A stretch of 64,000 nucleotides of DNA from Mobula birostris. Its lineage: Eukaryota. Within the stretch, counting starts at the first letter, position 1. Each line of letters opens with the position of its first letter. Below the pieces are notes generated by a model that saw only the letters and a program-made list of their open reading frames with translations, was not told the origin of the DNA and did no database searches. The position numbers were made by a program, and so were the translations under genes. Below are positions 63,196-64,000 of this stretch, piece by piece. Location of the stretch: positions 18,042,001 through 18,106,000 of the forward strand of contig NC_092400.1 in assembly GCF_030028105.1 (NCBI RefSeq), written 5' to 3'.

Positions 63196-64000
63196 CTGGT
63201 AAATTGGTCCAGCAGATGCCCTCAGTGAAATGAGCAGAATATTATTCAAATCCATCCAATTAAATATATTTAATTGCAGTTCCATGCACTTTACTCACAG
63301 AGTACAGAGAGATAACAACATTCCCCGAGTAGGTTTTCTGTTACCACAAATATCTGCTGAATGGAAGTTAAAAGTGAGTTCTGCTCTCCTTCATGCAGCC
63401 TGGCCATGATTCCCCATGCTTCTGGGAGGAGAGGTAGCAACAGTCTCTCAGGCCACACTCCATAATGATGTTTCTAATGTGGTGAGGCAGTTCAGTCCAT
63501 ATTAAAGTCATTCGCTGCTGCACAGCTGCCCTACTCATAGTTCTCAATAACTAGCGTACCTCTGCATACAAGCATGCATGCACTTAAATCACAAATATAT
63601 ATGTGAGCACACACATGCACACACGACCGTTCATCACAAAGTTCTTCCACATTCTAGCCTCCCCAATCCAACTATCTGCATGTGGGCAATCGTGCACCTG
63701 TGCATATACGTGTTGAAGTTCAGTCAGGTATGTGTGAAGTAATGGGGTAAATTACACCAGAAATATTTTGATAGGATTCCAGGGACAAAAAAAAAAACAA
63801 TCTGCTATCTCAGTTTCTCACATGCCCTTGTCTGTAAAGACATTCTTCACTAGGAATGTTCGGTGTTCATTCCTTTCAACACTGCCCTCTTGTGTTGGAG
63901 TTCTTTGCTGCAAACAATGATCCAGAACAGTCATTTCCAGAGAGTTAGAGCAAGTAAATCGCTGTCGGTTGACATTCCCAGATGGAGCCGACCAGGTTAG

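Overview
Vertebrate genomic DNA, most likely from a batoid cartilaginous fish (inferred from the repeat content: HE1/V-SINE-like, CR1/HER1-like, Rex1/Babar and Penelope elements). The window is a decaying tandem array of single-exon, minus-strand class A GPCR genes of the hydroxycarboxylic-acid receptor (HCAR1/2/3, GPR81/GPR109)-OXER1 group. It holds three intact ORFs (2191-3216, 37528-38559, 53316-54347), two full-length pseudogenes (one split by a ~9.9 kb nested retroelement stack; one with a nonsense codon, a TM7 deletion and a Penelope insertion), two 3'-end remnants sharing one deletion breakpoint, and one orphan promoter. About 9 copies of an intergenic cassette recur, cut by deletions and filled with L1, Tx1, CR1, Rex1/Babar, Penelope (with minimal hammerhead ribozyme motifs), solo LTRs, SINEs, hAT and Tc1 pieces, many with readable target-site duplications. 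Most other ORFs in the track are antisense shadows or repeat artefacts. I see no CRISPR or prokaryote-type system. The best candidate for new biology is the lineage-expanded HCAR-like cluster with altered pocket residues, STAT (GAS)-like motifs upstream of every copy and signs of gene conversion. All alignments were made by eye and comparisons with human receptors are from memory.
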